A stretch of DNA of 64,000 nucleotides, taken from the human T2T-CHM13v2.0 reference genome, Homo sapiens. How positions within the stretch are numbered: the stretch's first letter is position 1; each line of letters begins with the position of its first letter. The notes under the pieces are model-generated. The model made no database searches. It saw only the letters and a list, made by a program, of their open reading frames with translations, and was not told the origin of the DNA. Location of the stretch: assembly GCF_009914755.1 (NCBI RefSeq), contig NC_060928.1; one strand, written 5' to 3'. Positions 29,600-42,439 of the stretch are shown piece after piece. Both the position numbers and the translations under genes were made by a program.

Positions 29600-30968
29600 T
29601 TACCTGTTATTTGAAAGTATATAGTTTTGGCAGTTTTTCTGTGGATTCCTTAGGGGTTTCTATATATAAGATCATATAATCTGCCAACAGGGACAATTTT
29701 ACTTCTTGCTTATTTATTTGGGTGCCTTTTATTTCTTTTCCTTTCCTGATTCCTATGCTGAATAGAAGTGGTTTGAGTAGGTAATTGTCACCTTTCACTC
29801 TGTTAAAATGGTGTAGCAAATTAATAGATTTTTGTATGGTAAACCACCCTTGTGTCCTAAGGATAAATCCCATTTAGCCGTAGTGTGATCCTTTTAATGT
29901 GCTATTGAATTTGATTTATTACTATTTGGTTAAGGAATTTTGCATGTCTACCAGGGAGATTGTCGTGTAGTTCCAGCACTTTGGGAGGCCAAGGCAGGAG
30001 AATCACTTGAGGCTAAGAGTTTGAGACCAGCCTGGGCAACATAGGCAGACCCTGTCTCCACAAAAAACTTTAAAAACCATTAGCTGGGTATGGCAGTGCA
30101 TGCCTGTAGTCCCAACTACTGGGGGACTCAGGTGGGAAGATCATTTGAGTCCAGGAGTTCAAGGCTGCAGTGGGCCATGATGGTGCCACTGAATGCCAGT
30201 CTGGGTGACAGAGCAAGATCCTGTCCCCCCCAAAAAAATTAAAAAGATAAAACAACAACAACAAAACCCTCTTAGTTTTGCTTCTTTTTTCTATTGTTTT
30301 TCTATTGTTGTATTTATTAATCTTTATTATTTTCTTCCTTCTGCTAACTTCGTATTTAGTTTGTTCTTTTGTTAGTTCCTTGGAATGTAAGGTGAGGTTG
30401 TTTATGTAAGATTTTTCTTATTTTTTAATGTAGGCATTGATCGCTATAACATAATCATTTAGTATTGCTTTTGTTGCATCCCAGGCATTTTGTATATTCT
30501 GTTTGGGTTTTTTTTTTTTTGTCTTAATTTATTTCTTAATTCTCTTTCGATTTTTTGTTTGACTCAATGGTTGTTCAAAAATATGTTGTTTAACTTTAAC
30601 CCATTTGTGAATTCTCTAGTTTTCCTTCTGCAATTGATTTCTAATTTCATTCCATTGTGGCTAGAAAAGATACCTGGTATAATTTCAATTTGGTAAGACT
30701 TGCTTTGTGATATAACATGCTATCTATCCTGGAGAATGTTTCATGCACCCTTGAGAAGAATGTGTATTCTGTGGTTGTTGGGTTAAAAGTTTTGTCTGTC
30801 TGTCATGCCCATTCGGTCTATAGTATTTTCAAGTCCAGTGTTTCTTTATTGATTATTTGTCAGGTGAATCTATCTATTATTAATAGTAGCTTATTGAAGC
30901 CCCTGGCATTATATTATTATTTTTCCCTTCAGTTCTGTCTTTGTTTGTTTTATATATTTAGGTGTTTT
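29600..30968 (-). mobile_element. L1M ORF2 fragments (EN to RT region), interrupted by Alu
   Basis: ORF 29607(-) MGFILRTQGWF..EVKLSLLADYMILYIETPKESTEKL; antisense EN-region sequence at 30270-30960. Confidence 0.8.
29972..30266 (+). mobile_element. AluJ lacking its first ~30 nt
   Basis: Starts at tccagcactttggg; J-type ggagttcaaggctgcagtg; no TSD visible. Confidence 0.93.
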
Positions 30969-31748
30969 AACCAACAGAGAAATGAAACTGAAAACCACAA
31001 TGAGACATCATGTCACACCTATTAGAATGGATATTAGAGTGAAAAAACAAATGCTAGCGATTATATGGAGAAAAGGGAACTCTTGTACACTGTTGGTGGG
31101 AATGCAAAATGGTGCACCTGCTATGGAAAATGGTATGGAGGTTCCTAAAAATAATTTAAAAATGGAACTACCAAATGGCCTAGCAATTTCACTTCTGGGT
31201 GTTGATTCAAAGTAATTGAAATATGTATCTCAAATAAATATTAACACTCCCATGTTCATTGTGGTGCTATTCACAACAGCTAAGATGTAGAAACAATCCC
31301 ATGTTCATTGCGGTGCTATTCACAACAGCTAAGATGTAGAAACAATCTAAATGTTCATTGACAGATAAATTGATAAAGGTATGGTAAATATATAAAATGG
31401 AATATTATTTAGCCTTAAAGAAGAATAAAATCCTACAATATGCAACAACATGGATAAAAATTAGGACTTTATGCTAAGTGAAATGTCAGTCACAAAAGGA
31501 CAAATACTGAAAGATTCCAGTTATGTGACCTATCTAAAATAGTCAAACTCATAGAAGCAAGGAGTAGAATGGTGATTGTAGGGGACAGTGGAGAAGAAAA
31601 TGGGGACTTGCCAATTAATTTATATAAAATTTACATTATGCAAGATGCATAAATTTTAGATATCTGCTGTACAAACATTGTGCCTGTAGAAAACAATTTT
31701 TTATTGTACACTTCAAAATCTATTGAGTGTAGATCTAAGACAATAAAA
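30969..31748 (+). mobile_element. L1MB-type 3' end
   Basis: ORF 30982 [22 protein letters not shown]; 3'UTR tatctaaaatagtcaaactcatagaagc..gatatctgctgtacaaacattgtgcct. Confidence 0.85.
31248..31345. repeat. 49-bp tandem duplication inside L1MB
   Basis: tcccatgttcattg(t/c)ggtgctattcacaacagctaagatgtagaaacaa, twice, 1 mismatch. Confidence 0.95.
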
Positions 31749-32676
31749 TGATCTAATTGTAGTATCTTTAATAACTATGTAACTTTGTTATCTACCCTTT
31801 CTTTTAAAACCTAACATAATTTGTAGAGACAGTTATGTTCCTAAATATTAGAACCATGCTAGGTAAAATGTTAGTCTACTCTTTTTGTTTTCAGTCATGG
31901 TACAAGATTACTAAGGATAGAAATACTCTTTTACATTGTTTTAAAATTCCTCCAAGTAAATGTTCAATTAGTACCTATTAAATTGGTAACTATGCAATCA
32001 AATGTGAGTGAAAGTCTGACTTTTGAGGAAGAAAATGGCAGTTACATAAGGCTGCATGAAGGGAGTAAATTGAAGAGTTGGATAACCATGAAAACAGGTT
32101 GCTGAAAACTCTTCTTCTTTTTATTTCCAGCAGCAAAGTGAAATTTCCAAACTGGGAAATAATGTTAATTCTAAAAGTAGGAAAGACTAAATCAAATTGT
32201 TTGCCTCCCTTGAACTTATGCAATTCAACAAAAAAGAGAACACAAGAACTACACATGAATGACCTTCCTACTAGTTGAAAAGAAAGACCTGAGGTCATTG
32301 TCCACTTGGATTAGCTTTTCAGGTGTTTCAGGAAATATTTTACGAATTTTAAATGGATTGAAAAACATCTCCATTGTTATTTTCCAAGGTGAACATTGTA
32401 TTTTTCACTTAAATGTTATATAATTGTGTGGTTTCAATTTATACTTGTTTCTGTTTAAGGTATTGAAATGTTTCTAGGAAAATATAGAAATATATAGTAT
32501 GTATTTTTTAGCTTAGATCATCTTTTATATTCAAATTATTTGCTACAGCATATAAAAACTCCAAATTATAAATGATATTAAAAGAAATATCAATATAAAT
32601 GGTTTAACATATGATTTTAAAAGAATTTTGTTACAGATATATTTTAAAGACATTGAGAGAGAATTTTCTACATATA

Positions 32677-33020
32677 CAGATGCTCCTTGACTTGTAATAG
32701 GGTTACATTCTAATAAACATCACCAATTGAAAATATTGTAAGTTGAAAATGCATTTAATACACTTAACCTACAGAACATAATAGCTTAGCCTAGCCTAAC
32801 TTAAACACGCTCAGAACACTTACATGGGCCAAATCATGAACAAAAATCCTATTTTATAATAAAGTGTTGAATAGCTCAGGCAACTTATTGAATACTATAT
32901 TGAAAGTAAAAAACAGAATGGTTTTATGGGTACTCAAAGTTTGGTTTCTACTGAATGCGTATAACTTTTGCAACATCATAAAGTTGAAAAATTATAAATT
33001 GAATCGTAAGTTGGAAACTG
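32677..33020 (+). mobile_element. MER47A-like non-autonomous Tigger element
   Basis: TA|cagatgctccttgactt...tagcttagcctagcct...cgtaagttggaaactg|TA; TA target duplication on both sides. Confidence 0.88.
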
Positions 33021-34408
33021 TAATTATTATGAACTATATAGTTAAAAACTTTCTATGCATAGACCCAATGGTTCATTAAATCAAATTTTAGAGTATTACA
33101 AATCAACTTAAAAAGACAAAAATTTAAGTAGAAGCTTTTTAATCAACTTACGCAAAAAAGTGTAATTTATGAAATTTTTATATAAATTGGTATTTAAAGC
33201 AAAAAAGTCCCGAGAGGTAAATAATTTCCTTTCATGATATTTATAAGTTTCTACCTTGTTTTTCACTTAGGTATGTAATTGTTTATTACCTTTACTGTCT
33301 ATTCTTGAGAACGTATTTCAAATCAATACAGTCTCAAAAGACTTTCAAAATACAAGAGCCTCAATAATATTGTCAAATCAAACACATAATTTATGTGAAT
33401 GCTGCTCATAGCAAACTGACTTTAAAAGAGACCACTTTGTCATAAAACTGATTTTGAAATCATGAACAAAGCAAGAAAATACATTTTTAAAGTAACTATA
33501 ACGGCAAGATATAGATATGAGACCAGTCAAATTGTCTGCGTTTTGGTCATTTGTTAGATTCTGCTATTAAATACTTTCAATCTCTACCAATTAGTACCAG
33601 ATAATATAATTAATTATCTGAGAATAGCTTTGTAAAAAGAATTTGTGTGAGTTTTTTTCTCTCAAATCTATAGGTATCGCTGGAGAAATGTTATCAGAGA
33701 ATAGTGCCTTTTAAAGATTTGCAGAAAAATGAGATAAATATAATGCATAGTTTTGTCAAAGTTGAAATGTTAATTATTTTCTTAGAATTTCCCTTTTAAT
33801 TTTTATACATAAAGATAATGCCATCATATTATTAAAAGCAACAAATGATAAAGCATCATGAACCTATTGTGCTAACATTTTTAATAATAGAACATTATTC
33901 AATATTTGCATTCCATAGTGGGAAGTTTAAAAGAGAGAAAGATGACATAATTGATCTAGAAATTAGCACTTTTATAGAAGCCTTCAGTAAGAGAAATTTA
34001 TATTTGCAATGTACTTATATGTTGTTAAAATTATAATTGTGGATCTTTTGAATGTTTAGCTGAAGTTATATTGATGTTAAAGTGCTATAATGAGGGGTGA
34101 AAAAATAAAAACCAATTTAATTAGTAACTAAAATATGATCCTTTCATTTTATATAACACCAACACTGAACATTTTATATCATTTTTTCCAAAATTCTCTC
34201 ATACTCATACAGTTTAAAATAGATATTTATATACCAGATTTGTATTTTACTTTATATATGCAATGAGAGTTCTTAGCTGCCAAAACAAGTGATGTCACTC
34301 TATTTATTTTTAAATGAAAGGGATTAATAAAGGAATTTTAGGTACTTCACAGAATTTATAAGGCCTATGGAAATAGACTGTTAAGTTTACAAAAATGTCC
34401 CCCCAAAT

Positions 34409-35908
34409 CAGGGCTAGTAGTCCAAATTGCAGGGCCCAGGGCAAAATTATCATGTGCAGCCCCTTGTTCAAATAGCATGAAAAAAATGTGCTGTTAAAAA
34501 GATAAAATACAAAGTTTTTTCATTCTTCAGTGGTCTCTCTTCTCATATTGTTCTTTACTTGTTACTTCGTGTCACTCTGAATAAATAAAAATTAAAATGG
34601 AATACATGAACATACATTTTAACATTTATCTTTATAACATCCAATAGCAATTTTAGGTGCAAATGTAAGAATATTTCATTAGTAGGCAGAGGCATTAAAG
34701 TTACACAATCTCTATTTTATAGCTTCTACATGTGTATTTTGTTCTTAGCAGAGAAATGGAAATACTGCACAAAACTTACTCAACTGTTTTTGAAATCAGC
34801 CCAATTTTGTCTCATAGAACTGATCTTTACAGTTTCTTTTGAGTAAACATAGAACTTGACCCTCCAGTCTTAAAACTTGATCTTGTTACATTTGTCTTAT
34901 ATGAGTTTCTTTCTCAGGAAACCAACCATCAGGCCTCCCAGGTAGTATCAAGAAGTGAAACTCACCAGATTATCACATATGGATAATGAGACACCAGATC
35001 CCTTACCCATCATGATTGCCTGACTGACCCCTTGTTTTGTATTGACTAATTCCCCTTCCTTACCCCTCCCTAATTCTGGTTTTCCCATATGTAGTTATAT
35101 GTCTTTCCTGCTATATAAACCTGTCATTTTAGTTGGTCAGATAAATGGATTTGAAACTGATTTCCTGTTCTCCTTGGCTGTCACACTTCTTTCCTGGCAA
35201 TACTTGCTGTCTCACTGACTGGCTTTCTGTGCAGCAGGCAGCAGGACCTAGAGCAAACTGTTGGCTTTTTAGTAAAATTTTTGGTTGACACACATTCTTC
35301 CAATACTCTCTACTTTTGATTTATTGCTGAGTGAGGGAAGGACTTAAGGATAAGGAACGACAGGTTTCACTATCTTTCCCTTTCCTTTTACGTCATTATT
35401 TTAGGTGTAAATAGTTGATGGGTGCAGGGGAGTAAAACAAGTTAAGGTGATGTTCCCTGGTTGCTCTTGTTTCTTAAAATCCCATTTTCATCTTTTAATG
35501 TTTGAAGTAAGTTCTGGTTCAAATGGGAAGTGCGGCCTCTTGGGACTGTTACCAACAACGCGTATTCAGTTGTGAAGCTAAACACGCTTACCTTGTACTC
35601 CCTTTGAGTCTCTCTGAACACCAAATCATCTGTGTTCTATTAGGGTTCTGTGCTAATAGGGGCATTGCAAACACTCTACGTGAATGGGGAAACAAGAAAC
35701 AGTGGTAGAAGTGAATATTGCACATATCTACTCTGCTCGCATGCATGTTCCATTATCTCATTATACTTCAGTTATGAAATACAGGTTCAAAGATAAAAAT
35801 CATTAAGAATTCAAAATGGTAAGAGCAGGACGTTAAACCAGGAGTGGGGTCCTTCTAAGCACAGTGTCTTGTGGGACTGCGCATGTCTAATTCCCATGAT
35901 GTTGTCCT
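34409..35908 (-). mobile_element. MER45B (hAT-Tip100) DNA transposon, LOR1 inserted
   Basis: Ends cagggctag..ttgcagggcccagggcaaaat..gccccttgttcaaa and ggttcaaagataaaaatcattaagaatt..ggggtccttctaagcac..cccatgatgttgtcct; partial 8-bp TSD ending in caaat. Confidence 0.8.
34791..35277 (+). mobile_element. LOR1-type solo LTR (ERV1)
   Basis: tgaaatcagcccaatt..catagaactgat..ctcaggaaaccaaccatcaggcctcccag..; TATA-like tatataaa at ~35112. Confidence 0.85.
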
Positions 35909-36679
35909 AAACAAATGGAATAGAACTGACCTTATGAAGAAAGGGTTGCTCTTAGAATTACCAAATATTAAGTGTCAGAACCTAACTTAGCTGCGATGGT
36001 ACTAATGATAATGATGGTTCACCAAAAATGCTTTAGTGGTCTTCCCAACCACCACTGACTCCCTAAAACCAAATGACATTCCTACCACTTATGCCTGAAA
36101 AAACAGATTACATGTCAGTTTTTTTTTCTGGATCAAATTCTTCTATTTCTAAAGCTCTAATACATCCTAAATCACTCACCTGCATATTAGTGTCAAGAGA
36201 GACTCTTAAGTTATTTGTGGAAGCATGACTTATGATATGCTTATTTCCCAAGATAAAGAAATTAAATTAATATTTGCATTGTTTTAAATTTCAGTCTATT
36301 ATGTTTACAACTGCTGTGAACATTCACGTACAAATATTTCTGTAGATTTAAATTTTCTTTATCTTAGTTAAATACATAGAAGTTTCATTAATGAGTCATA
36401 CATTGAGTAAACTATTAACATGATAAGAAATTGCCACTGTCTTTCATAGAAACCATAGCATTTTGAATTCCCATCAAGCAACTTGTGAGTTTTAGTTGCT
36501 CCACATCCTTACATTACAATGCACCTAGTACTGCCACACTTAACATTTCCATTTTAATGAGGCAATATCAATAGAATAATTTCATTTTAAATTGCACTTA
36601 TGAAGGAGTATTAGAATCGAGCACTGTTTTTCTGTGCATATTTGTTATTTATATTAGTATCCTGGCTCCAGGTTAAAAT

Positions 36680-37564
<885 letters not shown>

Positions 37565-37641
37565 AATATGCAGTCGGGCCTCCCTATGCATGGGTTTCAC
37601 ATTCCTGAATTCAACCAGCCATGGATAGAAAATACTCTGGG

Positions 37642-37923
37642 GGCCGGGCGCGGTGCCTCACCCCTGAATTCCCAGCACTTTGGGAGGCCGAGGCGAGTGG
37701 ATCACGAGGTCAGGAGAACGAGACCATCCTGGCTAACACCGTGAAACCCCGTCTCTACTAAAAATACAAAAAAATTAGCCGGGCGTGGTGGCGGGTGCCT
37801 GTAGTCTCAGCTGCTCAGGAGGCTGAGGCAGGAGAATGGCGTGAAACCCAGGAGGTGAAGCTTGCAGTGAGCCGAGATCGCGCCACTGCACTCCAGCCTT
37901 GGGGACAGAGCGAGATTCCGTCT

Positions 37924-37959
<36 letters not shown>

Positions 37960-37967
37960 AGAAGAAA
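37642..37967 (+). mobile_element. AluY SINE
   Basis: Y-type gagaccatcctggctaac, gagaatggcgtgaa, gcttgcagtgagccgagatcgcg; many CpGs retained; perfect 15-bp TSD agaaaatactctggg (37627, 37968). Confidence 0.97.
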
Positions 37968-38140
37968 AGAAAATACTCTGGGAAAAAAATATTGCATCTA
38001 TACCGAACATGTACACACTTTTTTCCTTGCCATTATTCCCTAAACAATACGGTATAATAACTATTTACATAGCATTTATATTGCACTAGATATTATAAGT
38101 AATCTAGAGATCATTTATAGTATACTGGAGATGTTAACAG

Positions 38141-38690
38141 TGTGAAAGTTGCAGCTATTAGGATAAGTCACACTAGTCAGACCCAGGCAAAGTGGGGATG
38201 GGAGAGCATGAAGGAGAGGAGCTCATGCTTGCAAGTCTGAAGATAAAAACTGTTTCAAGAACATTTAAAAATAACCCCACAAGAAATAATCTCACATCCT
38301 TCATGCATAAATATTTTTTCCATGGCTTATGCATTTTACATGCATGCACATATTTCTATGACAAGGTTCATTACTAGACATTCTTTAGGACTGCAGCAAT
38401 TCAAATAAGACACTTTCAAAAGAACACTTACTCAGTGATGATATCTTCACCAATGAAATGATGCCAACTCTGGCTTTGAGCCTCCAGAACCAATGAACTC
38501 TGTTTCCAAGCAGCTTACATGGACCTCTCCTTTTTCCAAAAAAAGATTCTCTTTATCCTTGCCTCTTTGGATGCATACGTGGCTTGCTAATGTTGTACAT
38601 CCTAGATTATAATTGTTTCTGCTTGCTCCCAAATAAAATCACTGTATTAGAATTTATTGCTCTAATCGTTTCTAATAATTTAGATTGACA
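38141..38690 (+). mobile_element. ERV1 MER4-group solo LTR (LTR54/MER65-like)
   Basis: TG..CA ends (tgtgaaagttgcag...tttagattgaca); aataaa at ~38632; lies inside MER2. Confidence 0.7.
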
Positions 38691-40576
38691 GTATGGTATA
38701 CACAAATATGACATTATTTTATATAAGTGACTTGAACATCCCAGATTTTGGTATCCATGGCAGATCCTAGAACTAATACCCCACAGATACTGAGGGATAT
38801 GACTATAGTATTTTGTGAAGTGTCTTCTCAAATTTTCGTTTCTTTTTGAGATTGTCTTTTTATTAATAGGTTGAAAATGTTCTTTGTATGTTCTAGATAC
38901 AGCTCCTCAATCAAATAGACAGATGATAGATAGATATTATATATATTTTAAACATCTCAAATATTTTACCCACTGTGGATTTTGAAAGGCAAAAGTTTTT
39001 CCATAAAGTCAAAAGTATCAAAGCCTACTTGTTTATAATTCATGTCTAATTCAGGGTTACAAAGTTGTTCTTTTCTAGGTTTCCTCTAGAAATTTTATAG
39101 CTTTAGTTCTTATGTTTTGGCCTAAAAGCCACTTTTAGTTTTTTTTTTTTTTTTTTTTAATGGTATGAGGTAAGGATGCAAATTCATTTTGTTCTGTATG
39201 GATATTTGTCCCAGCACCATTTGTTTAAAAATCTATCCTTTCCCAATTGATTTGCCTTGTCACGTTTTTGTATTGTAAATAGTAATTTTTATTTTCAAAC
39301 AATCCACTTTAAAACTCTGCCACTTACAAAATATTTGGAAGGGCTAGATGTACAAGCTTCAGACTGAGGCTCCAGGGTTAACCCAGAATAATCAACAGAA
39401 AATTTAGTTACTAGGTGACATTATCAGGCAGGTGGAACTTTGGGAGGCCATAGCTATTAGTGTTGACTGCAGGGATTCCATCACATCTATGAGATATAGC
39501 TACCTCCATAAAATCTATTTTGTGACATTCGTGATGAATCACGACCCTACTATGAACACTGCTATTATTGCCAGAAGCAACAGTCAAAACAACAGAAATG
39601 TGGATTCTGACTTATTTCTGCATTCCACATCATACAGGAGGGCATCTGATTGGTAGGATCTAATTTACATAAAAACTCTAGCAGTAATGTAGTATAGAAA
39701 ACAGAATGCTTTTAGTCTCTGAAGTTTGGGAATCAATGCAAACTTAATAAATTGATCATATGTACAGTGATTAAGGCATAGTTATAAAGTGCTTGATATA
39801 GTACTATATTTATTTATAAAAATTATTATTCTCATTCATACTCATACCACATATCCATTATGTTGCTTGCTTCACTGTATTTTAGCAAATATGTGCTACC
39901 TTGAAAAAGAAATGTGGCATTATATTCTTTTAATACATTTTTTTAACTAGTGTGATTATTTTTATTCTTGTGTTTTTTCAAAATATATTTCTCATTTGTT
40001 GAAAGGACTATTTGGTCTTTGGATTTCTTCACATTTTTTGTTTAGTTTTTCGATTTTGTCCTTCTCACATGAAGAAGTAATTATTACTTTTTCAGCTACA
40101 CATATTTTTGGATTTGTTTTTGCCACTGAATTTTTTTTCATTGTTCAAATCAATTTTTATTTGTTTTTATCATTTGTTATCCATTCCTGCACACCCATTA
40201 TATTCTAGAGATGGTAAGACAATACTTTGGAGATAGAAGACTGAACAAAAATAGGCTCAGGTGGGCATAGACATTGCTCTTACAAAGCTGTCAACAAATG
40301 AATCTAAAATTGCAGCTTGGGAAGGCACTATGAAGGAAAAAATACATGTTTTATAGAGTGTGTAATAATTATGTGTTGCTAAAGTTTCTATGGAGTTTTT
40401 CCAAGCAAATAATGGCTTGAAATAAGTAAGAAATAACCAAAGTAGGCAGGACACTTAAATGAGGTTGTCCAAAGAAAATTTAAAGACACTAGTGTGAGGT
40501 GAAGCTCAAGACTTATGGAGAAAAATAATCATGCAAAACCTTGCAGGCTGCTGCATATAATAAAAATCAAATACAC

Positions 40577-40861
40577 TTTTCTTTTTTGAGAATCTCACTC
40601 TGTCACCAGGCTGGAGTGCAGTGGCACGATCTCGGCTCATTGCAACCCCACCTCCTGGGTTAAAGTGACCCTACCACCACAGCCTCCCAAGTAGCCAGAA
40701 CTACAGGTGTCCACCACCATGCCTGGCTAATTTTTGTGTTTTTGTAGAGGCGAGATTTCACCATGTCGACCAGTATGATCTTGAACTCTGAGCTCAAGCA
40801 ATCCACCCACCTCAGCCTCTCAAATTGCTGGAATTACTGGCATGAGCCACCACATTCAGCC
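40577..40861 (-). mobile_element. Old Alu (J/S)
   Basis: Alu dimer; degenerate TSD aaatcaaatacactttt / aaatcagataaactttt. Confidence 0.93.
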
Positions 40862-41000
40862 AGAAATCAGATAAACTTTTAAAGCCATTAAGTACCTAAA
40901 GTTTTGTATAATTCATAAAGTTAAATCTTTCAATCATTCATTTTGTGTTTTATTCCATTATTTTTTACTTAGACAATCTCCCTTTCCAGATACTTGATTA

Positions 41001-41119
41001 CTATTATTATTATTTTTTTTCAGACAGAGTCTTGCTCTATTGCCCAGGCTGGAGTGCAGTGGCGTGATCTTGGCTCACTACAAGCTCCACCTCCCGGGTT
41101 CACACCATTCTCCTGCCTT
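41001..41119 (-). mobile_element. Severely 5'-truncated AluY-like element
   Basis: Only about 100 nt of the right arm, with Y-type aagctcc..gggttcacaccattc; TSD gatacttgatta at 40989 and 41120. Confidence 0.9.
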
Positions 41120-41337
41120 GATACTTGATTATTAATTATTCCTCTGTACTTCTGGTAAGAAAATATTTACCCTATTTTGATAACTGAAGGCTTAAATCAC
41201 ATATGCTTTGTGATAAAAACTTGAGAAGAAAAATTATTCCTGTTAATAAGAAATAGTAACACATGCTGCTAAATAGCACACATATGTTTAACAGTAATTA
41301 ACTGTATTAATCATTAGAGCACACAGTCTTACTATGA

Positions 41338-41627
41338 TTTTTTTTTTTTGAGACAGAGTCTCACTCTGTTGCCCAGGCTGGGGCACAGTGGCGTGATCTT
41401 GGCTCACTGCAACCTCTGCTTCCCGGATTCTAAGAGATTCTCCTGCCTCAGCCTCCTCAGTAGCTGTGATTACAGGTGTGCGCCATCATGCCTGGATAAT
41501 TTTGTATTTTTAGTAGAGACGGGGTTTCACCATGTTGACCAGGCTGTTCTTGAGCTCCTGACCTTAGGTGATCCACCTGCCTCAGCCTCTCAAAGTGCTG
41601 GGATTACAGGTGTGAGCCACCACATCC
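41338..41627 (-). mobile_element. AluS SINE
   Basis: Dimer; TSD agtcttacta at 41325 and 41628. Confidence 0.95.
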
Positions 41628-41859
41628 AGTCTTACTACCATTTTTAAAAGATATTTCTATGTGTCAGTTAAAGATTTTGCTGTTCATCAAGTTGATCAAA
41701 GCAGAAGCCTGTAGGTTTTCCAAGAACCTCTCTATAATTATCATATATCCCATATAATAGCAATCACCACATATACTATAATCTTATCTCTTTACATAAA
41801 TCTCAAGTCTATGTGCACCATTATTAGCATATAACAAGTTTCTTATCATCTTTTTCCAG

Positions 41860-42407
41860 TATGGGAAATATAATTTCTTTTGTTTCTGTCACAGGTTTGT
41901 AGTTGAGACACTCTCCTGAAAACGAAAGTCAGATTAGAAGAGAAAACCAGCAGAAGTTTATTGACATGTGCTGTAACCCATCACTTGGGAGAGGCCAGAG
42001 TCTCTATCTCCCAGTGCAGTGGCTTAGGGGCCTTGCTTAAATAGTATTTTAAAAACAGCCATAAATCTTATAGCAACAAAGCAGGGAAGAGAGTAGTTTC
42101 AGGTTTCCAAAAGGTGGGAAACTATGGGAAGGTAAATTTATGGGAAGAGTGAAGTCTGCTCCTAGATCCTCTGGCAACCCTGTCTCTGAGCTGATAAGCA
42201 AGCCTTGTAAAAATAAGAAAATAATAATAATAAAAGACTGTCTTTAGGCTTGAAAAGGCAGACAGGAGAGCAGGAAGACTTTTGGTCTTTGTAAATTGCT
42301 GCCTTGCCATCAGGCAAGTACAGGCCCAGCGATCCCCGCATCTTTTCTTAACCTTCTGCAGCTCAGCAATTTTCAGTATTTCCAGAGGGATATTTCGGTT
42401 TCCTTCA
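41860..42407 (-). mobile_element. ERV1 solo LTR (MER67-like)
   Basis: The right end gggatatttcggtttccttca gives an LTR start of TGAAGGAAACCGAAATATCCC; aagtttattga is an antisense polyA signal. Confidence 0.6.
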
Positions 42408-42439
42408 CAGGAGTATTATAACTGGGTGCTATTGAGCCT

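Larger units (their letters stand above)
34255..36220. mobile_element. Ancient MLT1 (M/N-like) LTR relic hosting MER45B
   Basis: gttcttagctgccaaaac..aaagggattaataaaggaattttaggtacttcacagaat on the left; the continuation after 35909 is weak. Confidence 0.45.
37571..38804. mobile_element. MER2 (TcMar-Tigger) element split by an AluY and an LTR
   Basis: cagtcgggcctccctatgcatggg..attattccctaaacaatac..attataagtaatctagagat..gattttggtatccatgg..cacagatactgagggatatgact. Confidence 0.88.
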
